A stretch of 63,042 nucleotides of DNA, filler included, from Intoshia linei (GCA_001642005.1; 5 parts of 5 records of this genome joined end to end with filler, not necessarily neighbours in it), one strand, 5' to 3'; shown: positions 1 to 14,602, counted from the first letter of the whole stretch. Notes: generated from the letters alone by a model not told the origin. Numbers and translations are program-made.

Positions 1-19
1 GACAGAGTTCCCAATAATA

Positions 20-438
20 CCAGGTATTCAATTTTGGATGATATAATTGATCAAACACCAGTATTAAATCAAGATGTAGTTGAAGCAATAGATGTTTTAA
101 GTACAGACCAAAGCGAAATGCCAAATTGCCAATTAAAAAGGATCAACTTCTGATATCGATAACAATACGTTATCATTTAACATTTTTATCATCCCATTTT
201 TTTTGCTGTATTGACGTTGCTTGTATCGCATATAATCATGCAAATATTTTCTGTTACATCATAAATTTCAGTGGTATCTGATATAGCACAGAAAATTGTG
301 GCTTCAGTTACATTTTTTAAATGATGAACATCAATTGGAATGCTTCCATTTTCTTTATATTGGACGCATATCACCAATTCCTCAACTACTTGATTTTACT
401 AATGTTTAAATCGACGACCATCACAATGTAAACTCATT
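20..438 (-). pseudogene. Degenerate DNA-transposase-like fragment
   Basis: The minus strand reads MSLHCDGRR...ELVICV...IICDTSNVNTAKKMG with stops, then a LHLDLIL-like stretch. This resembles the LH(F/W)DG...DTT.xNTG catalytic-core pattern of hAT-related invertebrate transposases. Recognition is from motif memory only. Confidence 0.35.
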
Positions 439-767
439 TTTTATCCGATATTATATTTTTTAAATAATATACGTAATATACGTATATTTTTATTATACTA
501 TTACGTTACGTAATAGTTAGATGTAGCCATGGTTTCATGTATATAAATAATTGTGTAATTACGACCAATAAAGTTATTTTCTTTGTTTATTGATATCCAC
601 CGTAACTTTTCATAATTGGAAATGTATTTCGTATCTATGATAACGAAAACAAACGTAGCCAATCCAATCTACCAAACCATAGTTATTATTTGATGTCCAT
701 AGTAATTACATTCTGCTGAATTATCATGAATTCAGTATAAACTTGATTAAAAATATAAAACGCAAAC

Positions 768-3700
768 ATGGATTCTTTTTATATAACTGTATGTTTAAAA
801 TATTTATTTAATGATTTAAATTAGAACCACATAATGAAATTGAAAATTTCTGGATTGGTAAATATTTTAAATTTTGCCAATCGTAAAAGAACCGGAAATA
901 AAAATGAACTCCAAAAAAGGGTTCTAGCCCTAGTGGATATGGAGCAGGATATAATACGTAGATCAGCATTGCTACACGCGTAATACGTCATAAATTAAAT
1001 AAGGAATTATTTATATCTATACAAATGTCTTTGTTAAGCTGACAATTTAATTTGTTTATAACACAAAAATTATCAACCACGTTTAAAGAAATAAGCTTTT
1101 TAATTATTGTATATTAATTTTAATTTCTGTTCACTATAAACATGAGGGTACCAAATTTTATCAGTCTTATCGTATTTATCGTAAAGTGAACACTTAAAAA
1201 GATGTATAAATTATGATAATTTCATTTAAATTGCTTTAATTATTTAATAATTATATCCACATAAAAAAATGTTAATCTTAAATAATGAAGTGCTTATTAT
1301 TTAGCAGAATATACTATTATTTTTAGAGCTACTGGACCTACATCGCAGAGTTTGAATGCAGGTAGATTTAAGTAGATTTCATGAATCATTGTATAGGTGT
1401 ATGTACAAGACACGAAGCTAAAAGACCTAAAATATCTACTAAACATTTAACAGATTCTGTCAATGTTGAGTCAAAATCTGAAATCATACCGTGTTATTTA
1501 ATATCCTTACCATTTTTTAAGACAATATCTACGATTATGCCGCCAAAGGTGATTAATCCAGGTATGAAACCATCAATCATGTTAGTATGTTTTTAGGTAT
1601 AATATATGAAGATTGTGTTACAAAACTATTTTTCAATATACCAGATCCTCTATTGTTACAACACATTTCTGATGAGTACTTTTTTTTATATTGGTTTTTA
1701 TTAAATTATATTAAATTAAATTAAATTAAATTTTAATTAGTATTGAGAATTATCAGATTCAACTGAGAATTTGTCAAGCTAGGACTATTGCTATGCAAAA
1801 AGATCATTTTCCATTCAGACTGCAAGTTCGAGTTAACCAGCATGAAGTCAAACTACCGGTACGTTTTCGTATATTATATATATTTATCTTTAGGCCGCAA
1901 AGCCATCACATAGACAAGGTGTGGAATCTGGTACTTGTATGTTTTTTCGTCTTCATTGTTTTAGAAATACCGGCAATACCTCTCAATATTACATCATTTA
2001 TTAATCAAAGCACTTTACGCCACAATGAAGTTGAATTAAATTTTTTATTTGATAAAAAAGATGTAATTTTTTTTTAAAATGTATTTATTATTGTTTAGCT
2101 ACATTGTGCCAGTGTTTATTTTGTAAAAAAATATAGCTCTAATGATTTGATACAGTTTATTAAATCAAAAGAACATGTAACTCTTGATGGGTTTGAAAGA
2201 TTGGGTTAAATTTTTGTTGTTGTTAATTAATGCTAAATTTAGCTAAAGAAAAGTTTCATGGCGATAGAGACATTATTTTAGAGAAAATTACAGCAACAGT
2301 AATTTGTCCGGTAGAATCTTAATTATTCGTTGATTATACAAAATTATATAGTTAACCAAACAGAAAATGACATTGCCGTGTAGATCAACTAGTTGTACTC
2401 ATCTTCAATGTTTTGATGCCATTACATTTACTCAAATGAATGAAGTAAATGCTAAATGGCTGTGTCCAATATGCCATCAGTACATCTTTTTCGATACTAT
2501 TGCGATAGATGATTACTTCATAAACATTTTAAAGAAAGTTGAAAGTGGTGTGGAGGAAGTAGATATTTTTCCGAACGTTGAATGGAAAGCACTTAGTGGT
2601 GACGAATATATGGTTCTAGATAGTTCAGATGACAACGAAGAACCGGGTACTTGTTTTATTTTTATTTCTATTTTTTTTAGATGCCGCAAACATAGATTTT
2701 AGCAACGTTCCAGAAGAACCCACAGACCTTGATATTATCATGATATCAAGCAGTGATGATGAATCTATACCACCTTTGCGTGATCCCATTACTAACGATG
2801 ATGATTCAAAGTCTCTGAGTGATGGAGATAGATTGACGCCTGATTTTTCAAATAGTATCGTGTCTTCGGGTGCTGTATTACATTTTGAATTTGACAAAGA
2901 TAATGATAATATCAATGAAATACCAGAAAAAAACGAACCCGTAAAGAATGAAGAAACTATTGAAATTGAAAATAATGAAGATGAAACTCCAAAACAAAAG
3001 GTGCAACCAATGCTTGTTTTTGAATTGTCTGATAAAAACGTAGAATCGTTAAAAGTAATTCCAAAAAAGAGGAATATTATGGAAGAATTACAAAGAGCTA
3101 TCCAGCAAAATGCACAATCAGCAAATTTACAAAACCCAGAAATTTCTAAACGTTTACAATCTAATCCAGCAACCATAGACAAAGATTCACCTTCGATTCA
3201 ACCAAAACTCACACATAACGTACATCCACATCAGTCACGTATTTTTCAAAGAAATGTTGCAAACAAATCGTATGGCCATTTAAACGAAAAAGCAAATAGC
3301 CAAAAAATGTGTGGCAATACCAAATCTTTCGATTCAGTTAACCATGTAATAACCAACAATCAACCGATATTCGAGGAACAGAATCATCAGTCTGCTCCAA
3401 GAAGAATGACTATAAATAACCGACACATTTTATATAATTGTAATCCTAATCAATTCATGCCCAAAAAAGTAAGAACTTTTCTCAGTAATCGACAGTACGA
3501 TAAATCTCATACAAATAATTTCCAACCTACGTTTTCAAATCAACATTCTAGAGAAATGTATAAATATGACACCAATAATCGAGCATTTTTGGATGCCAAT
3601 AGAACTAATTTTGGAGTACCTTGTCAATATAGAAATGTAAAATTTCTTAATTCCTATGTTCAGGTTATTCCTACTTCTCACCAACAGCACCCAACAGAAA

Positions 3701-3786
3701 TTTCAAACAAACCACATTCAACCACATATTTGTTTAAAAACCCTGATACAACAAATTTTAATATGTACAATAGTCATAATAAATAA
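768..3786 (+). CDS. PIAS: PIAS/Siz-family E3 SUMO ligase (multi-exon)
   Basis: ATG at 768, 36-nt intron, then SAP-domain exon 825-978 (MKLKISGLVNILNFANRKRTGNKNELQKRVLAL). PINIT domain: LPFFKTISTIMPP, YQIQLRICQ...DHFP, PLNIT. SP-RING: CP..K.KMTLPCRSTSCTHLQCFD...WLCPIC. SIM-like MVLDSSDD and IIMISSSDDE. Long final exon 2681-3786. GT-AG introns with consistent phases where checked. Confidence 0.92.
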
Positions 3787-5515
3787 TTTAGTTTGTTTCA
3801 TTTGCCTTCTTTATCATATCGTAGTTTGATTTAATTGATTCCTAGACATAATATACTTTAAATTACACTAAAATAAAAATAGTATTTGAGTTACACGAAA
3901 ACAAAGGAATATAACCTATAGTTGGGAAATTTAGACTTCAAAATATTTATAATCATTGTCATAGTTATTTATATTTCGTTATCTTTATTAACATACTATA
4001 ATGTATCTAGTATATTAAACAATATTATAATCTTTCACGATGTGAATGAATGTCCTGTGCGGGCGGGTAAAACACTTTATGATCATTGACAGATATGTGG
4101 TTCGGACATGAGTCATTATAAGTTAATTTTTGACATGTTAATCAGCATAAAATTATAAGAATAATAATATAAATATTATGCATATTAATTAGCTAACTAA
4201 AATTTTATTTTAAAAGTTACATGGTAATTACAGATGTTATTCTCTCACACAAACTAAATAATAAAAAGCTCAAAGATTCATATAAAAATATGGGAAGAAG
4301 TTTACCCTAGGAAAATTATTGTAGAAATCAAATATATCTAGAATAAAAAATGCTTTTGACCGTTTGAAGGCCTGTTCCATAAAATAAATAAACATTCTTT
4401 TTGATAACATTCACTGCATATAAAAACCCATACTATAAAAATAATATATATTTTTCCGTCATGCGTGTCTTGCTAAAATAGATCCTTGTCGGTTCGTGTC
4501 CAAACACAAAGAAAATAATTATAGAAACGCAAATTAAACTTTTTTTAATAAAAATCATTTAATGACTTTAAAAACTTTCAAATTGTAAAGACATGCAAAT
4601 AATATCTTAATTATTTCAATTTAATATTAAATTTTTTTTAAAAAACACACAACTGCACCACAACACATAATTTAAAAATCCCGACAATACGATCTGAGAT
4701 AACTGTCATTCATATTTTTTCGCAAAATTATATTTGGGAGCTGAAAATATCGTTTTTTCAGCATTTAAAAAAAACAAACACATTGCATTTTATAAAAACG
4801 TAACAATTTGAAATAATATAACAAGATACATTTGAATTATCTTACTTCTCGGTCCATAACAGGACTCAATTTCAAAATTTTTAAGTTCATTGATTTACAA
4901 TTTATGATAAAACAAACAACATTTACATTTACTTATATATGTAATATTATGTAATAATACTTTCATTTGAGTAATTATATATTAACTAATAATTAGGATT
5001 TTTCAAAGTCGCAATTCAAAGTTTATATTTTTTTTTTAAACTAAAACAATATGCCTATGAAAACCAATAACGTACAAAAATTTGGCAAGGGTTTCAAATA
5101 TTAGAAGTGATAGTTATAATGTTTGCTTGCACTCTACAACACCCATTTTGGTAAATACAAAATACTGAAATGTCATGTAGTTTCACCATAGATATCGGTG
5201 TGATACATGGCAAAAACCTCATAAAAATAACAAAATAAAGCGATATAATTAGAAAATAAAAGTTTTACATTATGATAAAAAGCATAAAAGTGCAACTAAA
5301 TGTAAAATAAACCATAGACATAAATTATCAAGTGTCATGATAAAAAATTTCCAAATATTACACAAATTCTAATAAAAGTAAATAGTCTTTTAGTCTACCT
5401 TTTTGCACTCTTAATAATTTAGCTTCAATTTTCACATTGTGTAAATAAAAAATATATAAACCTAATGGTTTGAATTAATTTGAAAAAGTAACGCTAACAT
5501 ACAAATGAAAGGTAA

Positions 5516-8500
5516 ATGCAACCAAGTTCAAATAACACAATTTTAGAAAAATATAGCCAAAACAATCCAATACTTTCAAAGTTACTTAGAGAAAGAGAAA
5601 ACTCCAAGCTGTTGGCTAAAAGAAGAAACCAGTCAATTTACTTTTCAGCAGATTTCTTAAGTAATCCACTTTCTTCCAACACTATACCCGACATAAAAGA
5701 AGACATTGAAATGAATAGCTTTCACACTGGAGTTGAAGGTAGATTCAAGTTAATAGTTATATTATTAAAAGAGTGAAGAATTGTTAAGTTAAGATTTCTA
5801 ATTTTTAAATGACATTCAAAATGAAGTACGACTGGAACTCAGCCAATACTAATTTTAAATTAACAAACTGTGTTTCAATCATTTATTCTAAGCTCATAAC
5901 ATTAAAAACAGTTAATTTTTCAAGTATAGCTGAAACATTTTAATAGGATTGTTGAAAACAAATTAACCAACCACATCTTAAAATCTTAACCTTGTCTTCA
6001 CAATTAAGAAGAAAAGTGTGTGTCAACACTCTTTATCTGATAAGATTATATGTAACTGTAATATGAACTGGTGGCCTTCTCAAAAATTGTTTTAATTTAA
6101 AGTGTAACAATAACTTTAAAATACAAAACGACAAAATTAATTATCATTGATTCCGTTTACTGTCGGTAAATTTTCAGCGTTTGTACAGTAAAAAGAAATA
6201 TTTACCAGTAAAGTTTGGCGGCCGATTTCAGAAGTACAATTTACAATAGGGTGTGAAAATAATTAAAATAAAAGTGATACTTGGTAAAAAGAGCCTTAGA
6301 TTTTTTTAAAATTTATTAATAGAATTTGGCTTCTCAGAAGAACTTTTGTCTAAAAAACTAATTATATCGCATTATCGTCCCGTAAAAATATTTGGATGGC
6401 ATTAAATTGTATATATTGTATTTGCTTAAATGTTCAAATAAGAATTTAATAATTTCAAACGGTTTGAAAATATTCAAAATTTGTTTTGATTTGATAACCA
6501 TTTCTTAGGACCTAGGCAGTGCTTTCTAACAGGTATGTACAAACTTTTGAAAGTTTATAAATATTAATATAGAATAATAATACTTAATTATAATAATTTA
6601 TAAGGTTTCATACTTTCCATTTGACATCATTATTTTAATTTTAAAAGAAACAATTTATTAACAGATTGTTCAAAAAATAATTTTTTCTAATAATATTGTA
6701 TTTCTGTGTCGCGGTAGATTTTTTGATTGAAATTTACGTCGCCAAGTGAAACTGGTCCGAAATAACTGCCTAAGGCCCAGTGTATAAAATATTATATGTG
6801 TTAAATCAAGTTGACTTGTGGTTCAAACCATTTTTTCGATTTTAAAGATTCTTAAAATATACTTCAGCATATCAGTTTAACAAATTGGTTAATTGCGACT
6901 CATAATAATTATTTTAGCATACTTTAATTAAATTAATTATAATTGATGTATTTTTACTAACATAATAATTTTAAATTATTTTCTGATCCGTTAATTTACG
7001 GAAAAGTATATATGGGCACGGATGCACATATACAGAGCCGTTTTAAAGAATAAGCAATATGGGCTGTAGCTCAGGGGCCCTCATTAAAAAAGGCACCAAA
7101 ATTAATAAAAGTACTTTACATTTATATCTTAAAAAGAGGCCCCAAATTTATTAAAAAATACTTCATTTATATCTTAAGAATCAGTTTATAAGTTTTGAAG
7201 TGTGGTAATTCAAATAGCTAGAAAGAAAATAGTTTAAAGAATCAAACTTCTGGTAATTATTCAATTTAAAATATAATGCTTTTATTAATAGTCAATGAAA
7301 TAAAACTTTAAGTTTCCAACCAACAGTATGCCCTGTCTTCTAAACAGGGGACCTAAATTTTTTTATCGCTTGCTCGAAATTTTAAAGGGCCCGGCCCTTT
7401 TTTTAACCCAGGGCCACGATGTGGCTAAAGACGGCTCTGCACATATACATGCCACTTTTTTTATATGTATTCATGGTAAGCATCCCATATCTTCATCCCA
7501 TCAAAATTAAAAATATTAAATTAAAATTGATAACATTTTAAAATTGACAGATAGGCAAAACAATCATACACAATTGTCCTAGTTCACCCAAATAAAATAA
7601 ATATGTAAATATAATGTCCATTAATTTAACCTACTTGTATTGAAACAACGTTAATTAGAATAAATATTTGAGTGAATGTATGCTTTTTATATAAAAATTA
7701 AAAAAATAAACTTAAATTTAACCATTTTTTGTTAACGATTTCACGCTTTATCGTTTTATTTTGTTTTTAATAATTATAATATTGTTTTTTATGTTTAAAA
7801 TCACTTGAAATATATATAAAAAACATTTAAAAAAATTAGTTATCATCAAATTTTATACTAGAGAACTTTAGTATATAGCAGTGTTTCCCAACTTTTTTTA
7901 CATATTGTACCATATTAGTTGGTTTAATCATAAGTTAAATAAATAGGTTAACAAAGATCTAAGGCTTGATAAGCATACCAACTGATATTTTGTAAACTAA
8001 ATGGAATTTCATGGTTATATAAAGCAATCTAATTCAATACACAAAATATAAAAGAGTGTGTTTTAGAATTGCATGTCAGTTGGTAAAAGTGGATTTTTCC
8101 TTTTAGAGTTGGTAAAACTAGATTTTTGCTTAAAGGGTTGGTAAACTAGGTTATTCTTTTTAGTATTGGTAAAACTAGATTTTTCTCTAAATGGTTGGTA
8201 AACTAGATGATTACCTAAAGGGTTGGTAAACTGGATTTTTCCTTTTAGGGTATGGTAAAACTAGATTTTTCCTTTTAGGGTTATTAAATTGTCATTTTTA
8301 TTAAAAATGGTTGGATTTAAGTATTTCTATTCTTTTTTTGGTATACGCCCTATACATTTCCATCCGATTCCTTTAAAAATTTTGAATAATACATATATGA
8401 ATCATTGGAACATAATTAAATAAAATTAGATTAAATTAAATCAAAATAATTATTTTGAAAAATTTCAAAACTAAAGTCAATTTTAATACTCTATTATTAA

Positions 8501-10627
8501 TCACGGGTGTCAGACTCAATTTGGTTGGAGGGCTAAATTTTTATTGCATTTGATTATTGTGTTATAATCAATATTTATCAATAACCAACAAAATAAAACG
8601 GATTTAATTTTAAAAAAACCTAACGATTTGAAAATGTGACGTTAACTATGAAAAAGTGACGTATGTTTTGAAAACATGACGTTAGTTACGAAAAAACTAC
8701 TTTATGTACTGAAAATGTCCAATTGTATCAATTCATATAATAATGACCAAATTTCTAATTATATATCTAAAACAAATAAAATTATCCAACGTCATAAATA
8801 TCTTCATTAATACAAATTATATGCATATTAACTTAAAATATTTAAAATAAATTAAAATTAAATGCAAGTGTGAGTGTGTTAGGTTTATTTAAAACATTAA
8901 AAGTCATAGAATTTACAAAACCTAATTTCTAATATAGTTTTTAATGTGATTTTTTTATGCACGTTTCTTTTTCAGAAATTAAGTCCTTTAGTGTCAAAAA
9001 TCCCAATATCCTTTTTTTTAAAAAATCAAACGGAAAAACTAGAATTATAAAAAATACATAATCTGATACATATTTTAAAAATAAAAAAGTCCAAGAATTT
9101 TATAAAACATAATTGTTGAATAGTTCTTAAAATCATAAACCGTGTAGCAACGCAGTTGAAACTAATTATCAACCTGAAGACTTAAACTGAACTTGTTTAT
9201 TCACTTGTTAATTAAAATCTAACGTTTTTATACCAAATTTAACATACGATACTACAAACCGTAAACCCAATAAAGTTAATTTCACAATCAAAAACTCATA
9301 TAACCTTATTATTAAAAAATTTTTTTTTAAATTCTTGTTATTTATGACTATTTTTTGTATTGTACTTTATTTTCAGGATTATAGACTCATTATCTCTAAT
9401 AAATGAAATAAATCGGATCACAAAATTGTTTTTAAAATTATTTACACAAATGTTAACAAAGTAAAATTAAGTGTGAATTCACTTTAATTTAATAATTTAA
9501 ATTGAAATGACCGGTGCGCGTGAAACAAGTTTGGGAACTAATCCTTTAAATGATTCGTTATAGTGAATAGTATAATTCTTATGTAAGCTTTAATTAGTGA
9601 ATTCAACTTTTTGGTAGAAATCAACCCTCGGTAGAGCTATGTACAAAGTACACAAGTTGTGGCATAACAGGTAAAGTTTAAACATAACTTGTACCATTTA
9701 GTAGTATTAAATATTTGATAAATTTTAGATATGAAAAATCCAGTGGTAAAATTGAACGACATGGATTACAACACACAATACATTGGATTGATGGACAGTA
9801 GAAACAGATTTCATACAAAAATAAACAACTCATGTGCATATTCGACAATGACGAACTTCCCTACTGAAAATGGGAAAAATGAAAACTCAAACGAATTATT
9901 GCCCATAAACAATCACGTATATTCCAAAATGCTTCGAAATATAATGCCAGACAAAAAATACCATCAAGTGTCAGAATCTACACACGGCACGCAAGATTCA
10001 AACAACAAAAAGGTATTAATGAATAACATTTTAATAAATGAAAACGCATTAAAATCTTTGAAAATGGCAGAAAGCGAAATTTCAAATAAATTTAGAGATT
10101 CATATCCGACATTTTCGAATAGCGCCGATTTTATGGAAAATTACACTGCAAGTTCAAATGAATACGGGAATTTTAATAATATGACACATGAACAACAAAT
10201 GAACATAATGTATCAAAAGATGATTAAAAATGCGCAAGAAAAAAAAATTATTGATAATTATTTTCAAGTATACAGTAAATGTCCAATAGATTGTACTAAA
10301 AAAATTCCAACTTATCAACAAAAAAATAAAAATACTGAACAATATCAAAACTGTTTTAGGAGGTCCTATGATCAATACCATATTAAAACTTTGATTGATA
10401 AGTATGCGGAAATACCCAAACTTGCAACTCGACCAAAATCAGACATTACCAGCAAAGCTCCCATAAACTGTGGCACACATGTAGAACAGTTTAATAGAAA
10501 CATTATCATACAATGCAGCTATTGCAATACCCCACTTTCAATAGAGAGGATAAGGCAACTTGAAAATAATTTAAAATTCCCAACTTGTTCCAATTGTTTT
10601 AAATTCATTATAAATAAAAAATACTAA
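5516..10627 (+). CDS. Uncharacterised ~373-aa protein with N-terminal LxxLL and C-terminal C-x2-C-x20-C-x2-C zinc finger (two-exon model 5516-5738 + 9729-10627)
   Basis: The phase-1 donor GAA G|gtagat at 5738 matches the phase-1 acceptor ttttag|AT ATG at 9729. The second exon is a 298-codon ORF. The 4-kb interval is filled with MITE and Helitron debris. The join itself is inferred. Confidence 0.55.
7033..7439. mobile_element. hAT-type MITE
   Basis: TIRs CAGAGCCGT / ACGGCTCTG, flanked by a perfect 8-bp TSD CACATATA (7025-7032 and 7440-7447). Confidence 0.88.
8079..8290. repeat. ~30-bp minisatellite (GGTTGGTAAAACTAGATTTTTCCTTTTA-like)
   Basis: About 7 degenerate tandem units. The same unit occurs at 51522-52005 and 55300-55580. 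Confidence 0.85.
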
Positions 10628-10719
10628 TCACTCTTATTTAGTTACTAATTAGCTAACATTTAGAATGGCCTTTTAAAGTACCATATGATTATCCATCTTT
10701 TTAATTTTTTCCAATTTTG

Positions 10720-11608
10720 TCATTGATGCTGGCGGCAGACTACCATCTAATAGTTATTTATTATGACAAAATTTTTATAACCTTTGAATGTGTAGACTGG
10801 AATATTTGCAATGATTGAATTTGCAAACTTATTGCTTATATTTTTAAAACTAAAGGAATTCAAACTACATTTTGAAGTTTTTTTATAACATTACCGTGTT
10901 ATGTTTATATTCATTTTTAGGAGATTAATATACAGCATTTTTATTCAAATGTAACTTTATCGTCAATCCTGTATTTATTAGTCAAGGTGATTTTCATTTA
11001 CATTTTTTTAAATAGCAGTGGTATGTATCATGATTTATGATCAAACTGAACATGATTCTGTCTTCATCAAAGTCTTTTGCGATAAAATTAATTAAAAATA
11101 AAATTTTACACAACTGAATGCAAATTTAAAAAAATAATATGTCTACTTTTAAAAAATTTGTTCAAGACAGATACAGCAAAAGGTAGTACAGAGTCTGTAA
11201 TCTAATATTCTCATATAGCGTTTCCAAATTAATGACTCGTCTGGCCAGTTATCGATATCCTAACGGTATGACAGCAAATCAAGATAAACATTTTTATTGT
11301 CATCTTAATCCTACCACAACCCAGAGCCGGTGAAACAGTGGACCCGTGTCAGATGAACATTTTAGTTTTAATAAACACTTTACAAAATGTTCTGGTGTCT
11401 TATAAAAAATAATATTTATTCATTTAAAAAAAAGCCCAAAATAATCGGGCCCGTCATAGGCTCTTAGCCCTGAACAATCTATTCGTCTATACCATTTCTG
11501 CATCAATAACATGTTTCTGGAATCTGTAAAATTCTCCACGATAAATAAATCCGTACGTTTCAAAAAAAGTTTTAAACTTTGGATGGAATAATCCAATAGA
11601 TTTCAAGT
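10720..11608 (-). CDS. Chain of four small coding exons without own ATG (possible alternative 3' end of the Ig gene)
   Basis: Exons 11608-11493, 11201-11147, 10834-10782 and 10746-10720 splice in phase via GT-AG (last intron 35 nt). They give LKSIGLFHPKFKTFFETYGFIYRGEFYRFQKHVIDAEMITDSVLPFAVSVLNKFFKTISLQIQSLQIFQSTHSKMVVCRQHQ*. Confidence 0.45.
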
Positions 11609-11706
11609 CTACAGTAAATATATCAAATGAGCAAAATCATTATCTTAATTCATTAATAGTTTATTAAATTAAAAATTAGTAGAAATACATTAAAAATTTT
11701 AATTAG

Positions 11707-13236
11707 TTAATTTGAGTCCTCATAAGTTTCTGTTATTGTACTTAATGCTGAAGCATAAGTTGTGTTAACATCAGTCATATCAAAAGAATCTTTGTACATG
11801 TGGTTCATACCTAAATTGTAATTTAAATTTTAATATAATAAAAATATACTTGCTTCTACATGATGCATATCATATTGATCAGACTCAGTGGATTGTAGAT
11901 CACCATTCAATGCTCCATTGTGAAACGGTGCGGATAAATAACAATTAGGGTTAAAATGGTCATAAATGGGCATTTCATTCAAAATTTTATCAAAAGATTC
12001 GTCCAAAAATTTCGTCGCGTCAGTTTCCAAATTTGCATCATTTTCAATATTGACATCTAAATTTTTGGTACACTTTTCTATTTCATGTTCACATCGATCT
12101 TTCTCAAAAATTATTTCTTTGTCTTGAATATTGGAATTTTTTTCCACCAATGTAGTTAAAGATTCATCTGTTTTATGACTCAAAAACGTATCAGATTGTT
12201 CGTCGTCTTGTTGAAGTTTATTTTTATAATTTTCGTTGAAATAATTTTCACGTGATACAGTTTTATCTACATCAATTATTTCATTCTCATCCAAATGTAA
12301 TGTGAGTGATTTATTAGTTGGTGGAATTTCTTGCATTTTTTTTTCATTGACATTTTTTGACAGTTTAGATTCTGATTTTAAATCTAAATTAATTGTCATG
12401 ATAATTTTTGGATCAATGTTTTTCACAAAATATGCAGTGTCATATAGCCCCTAACGACCTGTATAAGGCCCTTGACTTAATATTTTAAATTTAACATCCA
12501 AATAGTTATTGATATTCAAGAATATCATTTACATAATAATAATAAAAAAAACTTTTTAATTTTAATTTGGCTGAACTAGCAATTTTATCCACATAATTAT
12601 CTGCTACACACGTATACATTCCTTCGTTTTTGTTTGTCAACTCAAATAGTTTTAAACAGCTTGAATCTTCATTAAAACTAATTTTATAATTATTAAATGG
12701 TGCGCTTTCTTCATTTAACATAATTTTGTTAAAATACCTAAAATTATTATTATTATGACAATATATTATCAAAAAAATTAATCATTAGCACATGGATGTA
12801 GTGCCGTGACAAGGCTAAAATCGCGACTAAATTATTATCTACCATAAAAAAAAAATTTTTTTCAAAACTTGAAATATTCAGACGAAGACTGTCATGTAAA
12901 GGTTAACTATTGAGTCGGAAAATTTTTAACCGTTTTTCCACAATACATTTACGATTTTGTAAGTTTAATATTTTATTTCTATTACAATCTACTAAATCAA
13001 AACTGATCACTGATTTTACCATAAAATTTACCCTAAATATTGTGTGATCAGTGATCAGTGAACACAACCAACATTACTAAGGAGACCGCTTATGATCAAC
13101 TCTAAAAAAATATATAAAACGTACCAGACATATTCAACATTTCTCGAATTTAACGAAGTTGTAATAGAAAAATTGACATCTTTTCCTATTTCAGTGTCTA
13201 TATTTTTTAAAGGATCCGTCAACAGCAATTTTTCTT
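11707..13236 (-). CDS. Immunoglobulin I-set domain protein with acidic low-complexity tail (5' end unresolved)
   Basis: Exons 13236-13124 and 12738-~12552 join as LTDPLKNIDTEIGKDVNFSI...VW|YFNK...SSCLKLFELTNKNEGMYTCVADNYVDKIASSAKL, the intracellular I-set consensus (W, L.I/L, (D)EG.YTC.A.N). A 198-codon acidic exon and terminal exon 11810-11707 follow; the junction into the acidic exon is not resolved. Confidence 0.7.
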
Positions 13237-14363
13237 CTAAATTACATAAAAAATAATGCAAAGCCTATAAAATTTAGGTTGTAAGTCTCGACTAGAGATT
13301 CATTTTGCCTCTAAACCAGTTTTCTCAAAATGAGCGGCAAATGTAAATGAAAGTATGCTTTATTATATTTACTACTTATTTTTTTTAATTTTAATATTAC
13401 ACTAAAAAATACATCTGCATAAAAATAATACCATCTTGTGGATAATCTAACGCTGATTTCAATCAAATTAAATTTATTAATATATTTTTTTTAAATATCA
13501 ATAGCTAAAAATATCGAACTAAACCTTTTCCGTAAATCTGGATTTAGGCACTAGAATGTATTGTTAAAATGTTCATTATAGCTCATATCAGATGTTCGCC
13601 TTGTTAAAGCGTCTGTCGTTAGTTAAATTTTTGTACACTTGTAATTTATTTAATATTCATTTCTTTTTAATTTAAATGTGGTCATGTAATTATCCGCTAG
13701 CAATTCCATATATATTGAAAAAAAAATTTAAATATTTCATTATATACTATTATTAAATTACAAATTAAGAAACTAAAATTAATTAAAATATTTTCGTTGC
13801 TATGATGTTGCCAATCATTATCTTTTGGTAGCGAACTGTAAAATTAAAAAGAGAAGCATCATGTTGATCAGGAAAATTTCAGTTTTTTATTTGCATGAGT
13901 CTCATGCAGATCCTCGAAAAAAGTTTCCATTTTGTTGTTTAGTGTTATATATTAGATTTATTGAAATTAAAATTTTAAAAAATTTTAAAATTTCTACTCG
14001 TACTAGAGATTTGCAACACGAACTTGGGATCGTGTTGAAACTTTTTTTATATTTCGTGTTTTTAGTCGTGTTCACTGAATTAGATCTTATTTACAAAATT
14101 TAAATATTTTGTGTTTTAAGTTTTTAACTAACTAATAATAACTTAAATATAATAATAAGTTAAATAACTTAATTCAATTAATTTTTAATTAAATTTTAAT
14201 CGTGTTTCGGATCGTGCTTCGGACACAATTGTATCGTTTCGTTCGTACATATCATCTCAACAAGATCCATTACAGAACTCTCACTCATATCCAGCTAGAG
14301 CAGCATGAGTAGGAACATCGCTACCGGTAATTAGTTAAAATAAAAGTTATTTGAACTTGCAAG

Positions 14364-14602
14364 TAGTGATTGTGCCGAATAAAAAACCGGGACAAATTTC
14401 CCGGCATTTTTACGATTTCCCGGGATTTCCCGAATAAAATTAAGTCATACCTATATTTGATTTATGTTTGTTATTACTACGAAAATATAATTATATCATA
14501 ATATTTCAAAATTTACCATTTCAAAAATCCCACCATTAATAAAATTTGATCAAAAATACCATTTCAAGCCCTCATGGAAAAATTGTCTTACACCGATATT
14601 CT
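14364..14602 (+). mobile_element. End of hAT-like element (TAGTGATTGTGCCG terminus), truncated by gap
   Basis: Near-identical inverted copy at about 59455-59673, with CCCGGGA-type subterminal repeats. Confidence 0.7.

Noticed and set aside
2625-3182. 185-aa antisense ORF, and similar ones at 10154-10381, 24580-24819, 31348-31554, 35353-35610 and 49944-50138
   Set aside because: Shadow ORFs opposite real coding exons, with no motifs.
4040-4120. GC-richer island with a TGTCC...GGACA stem, possible ncRNA or SECIS
   Set aside because: No convincing box motifs or extended pairing; it would need an Infernal/Rfam search.
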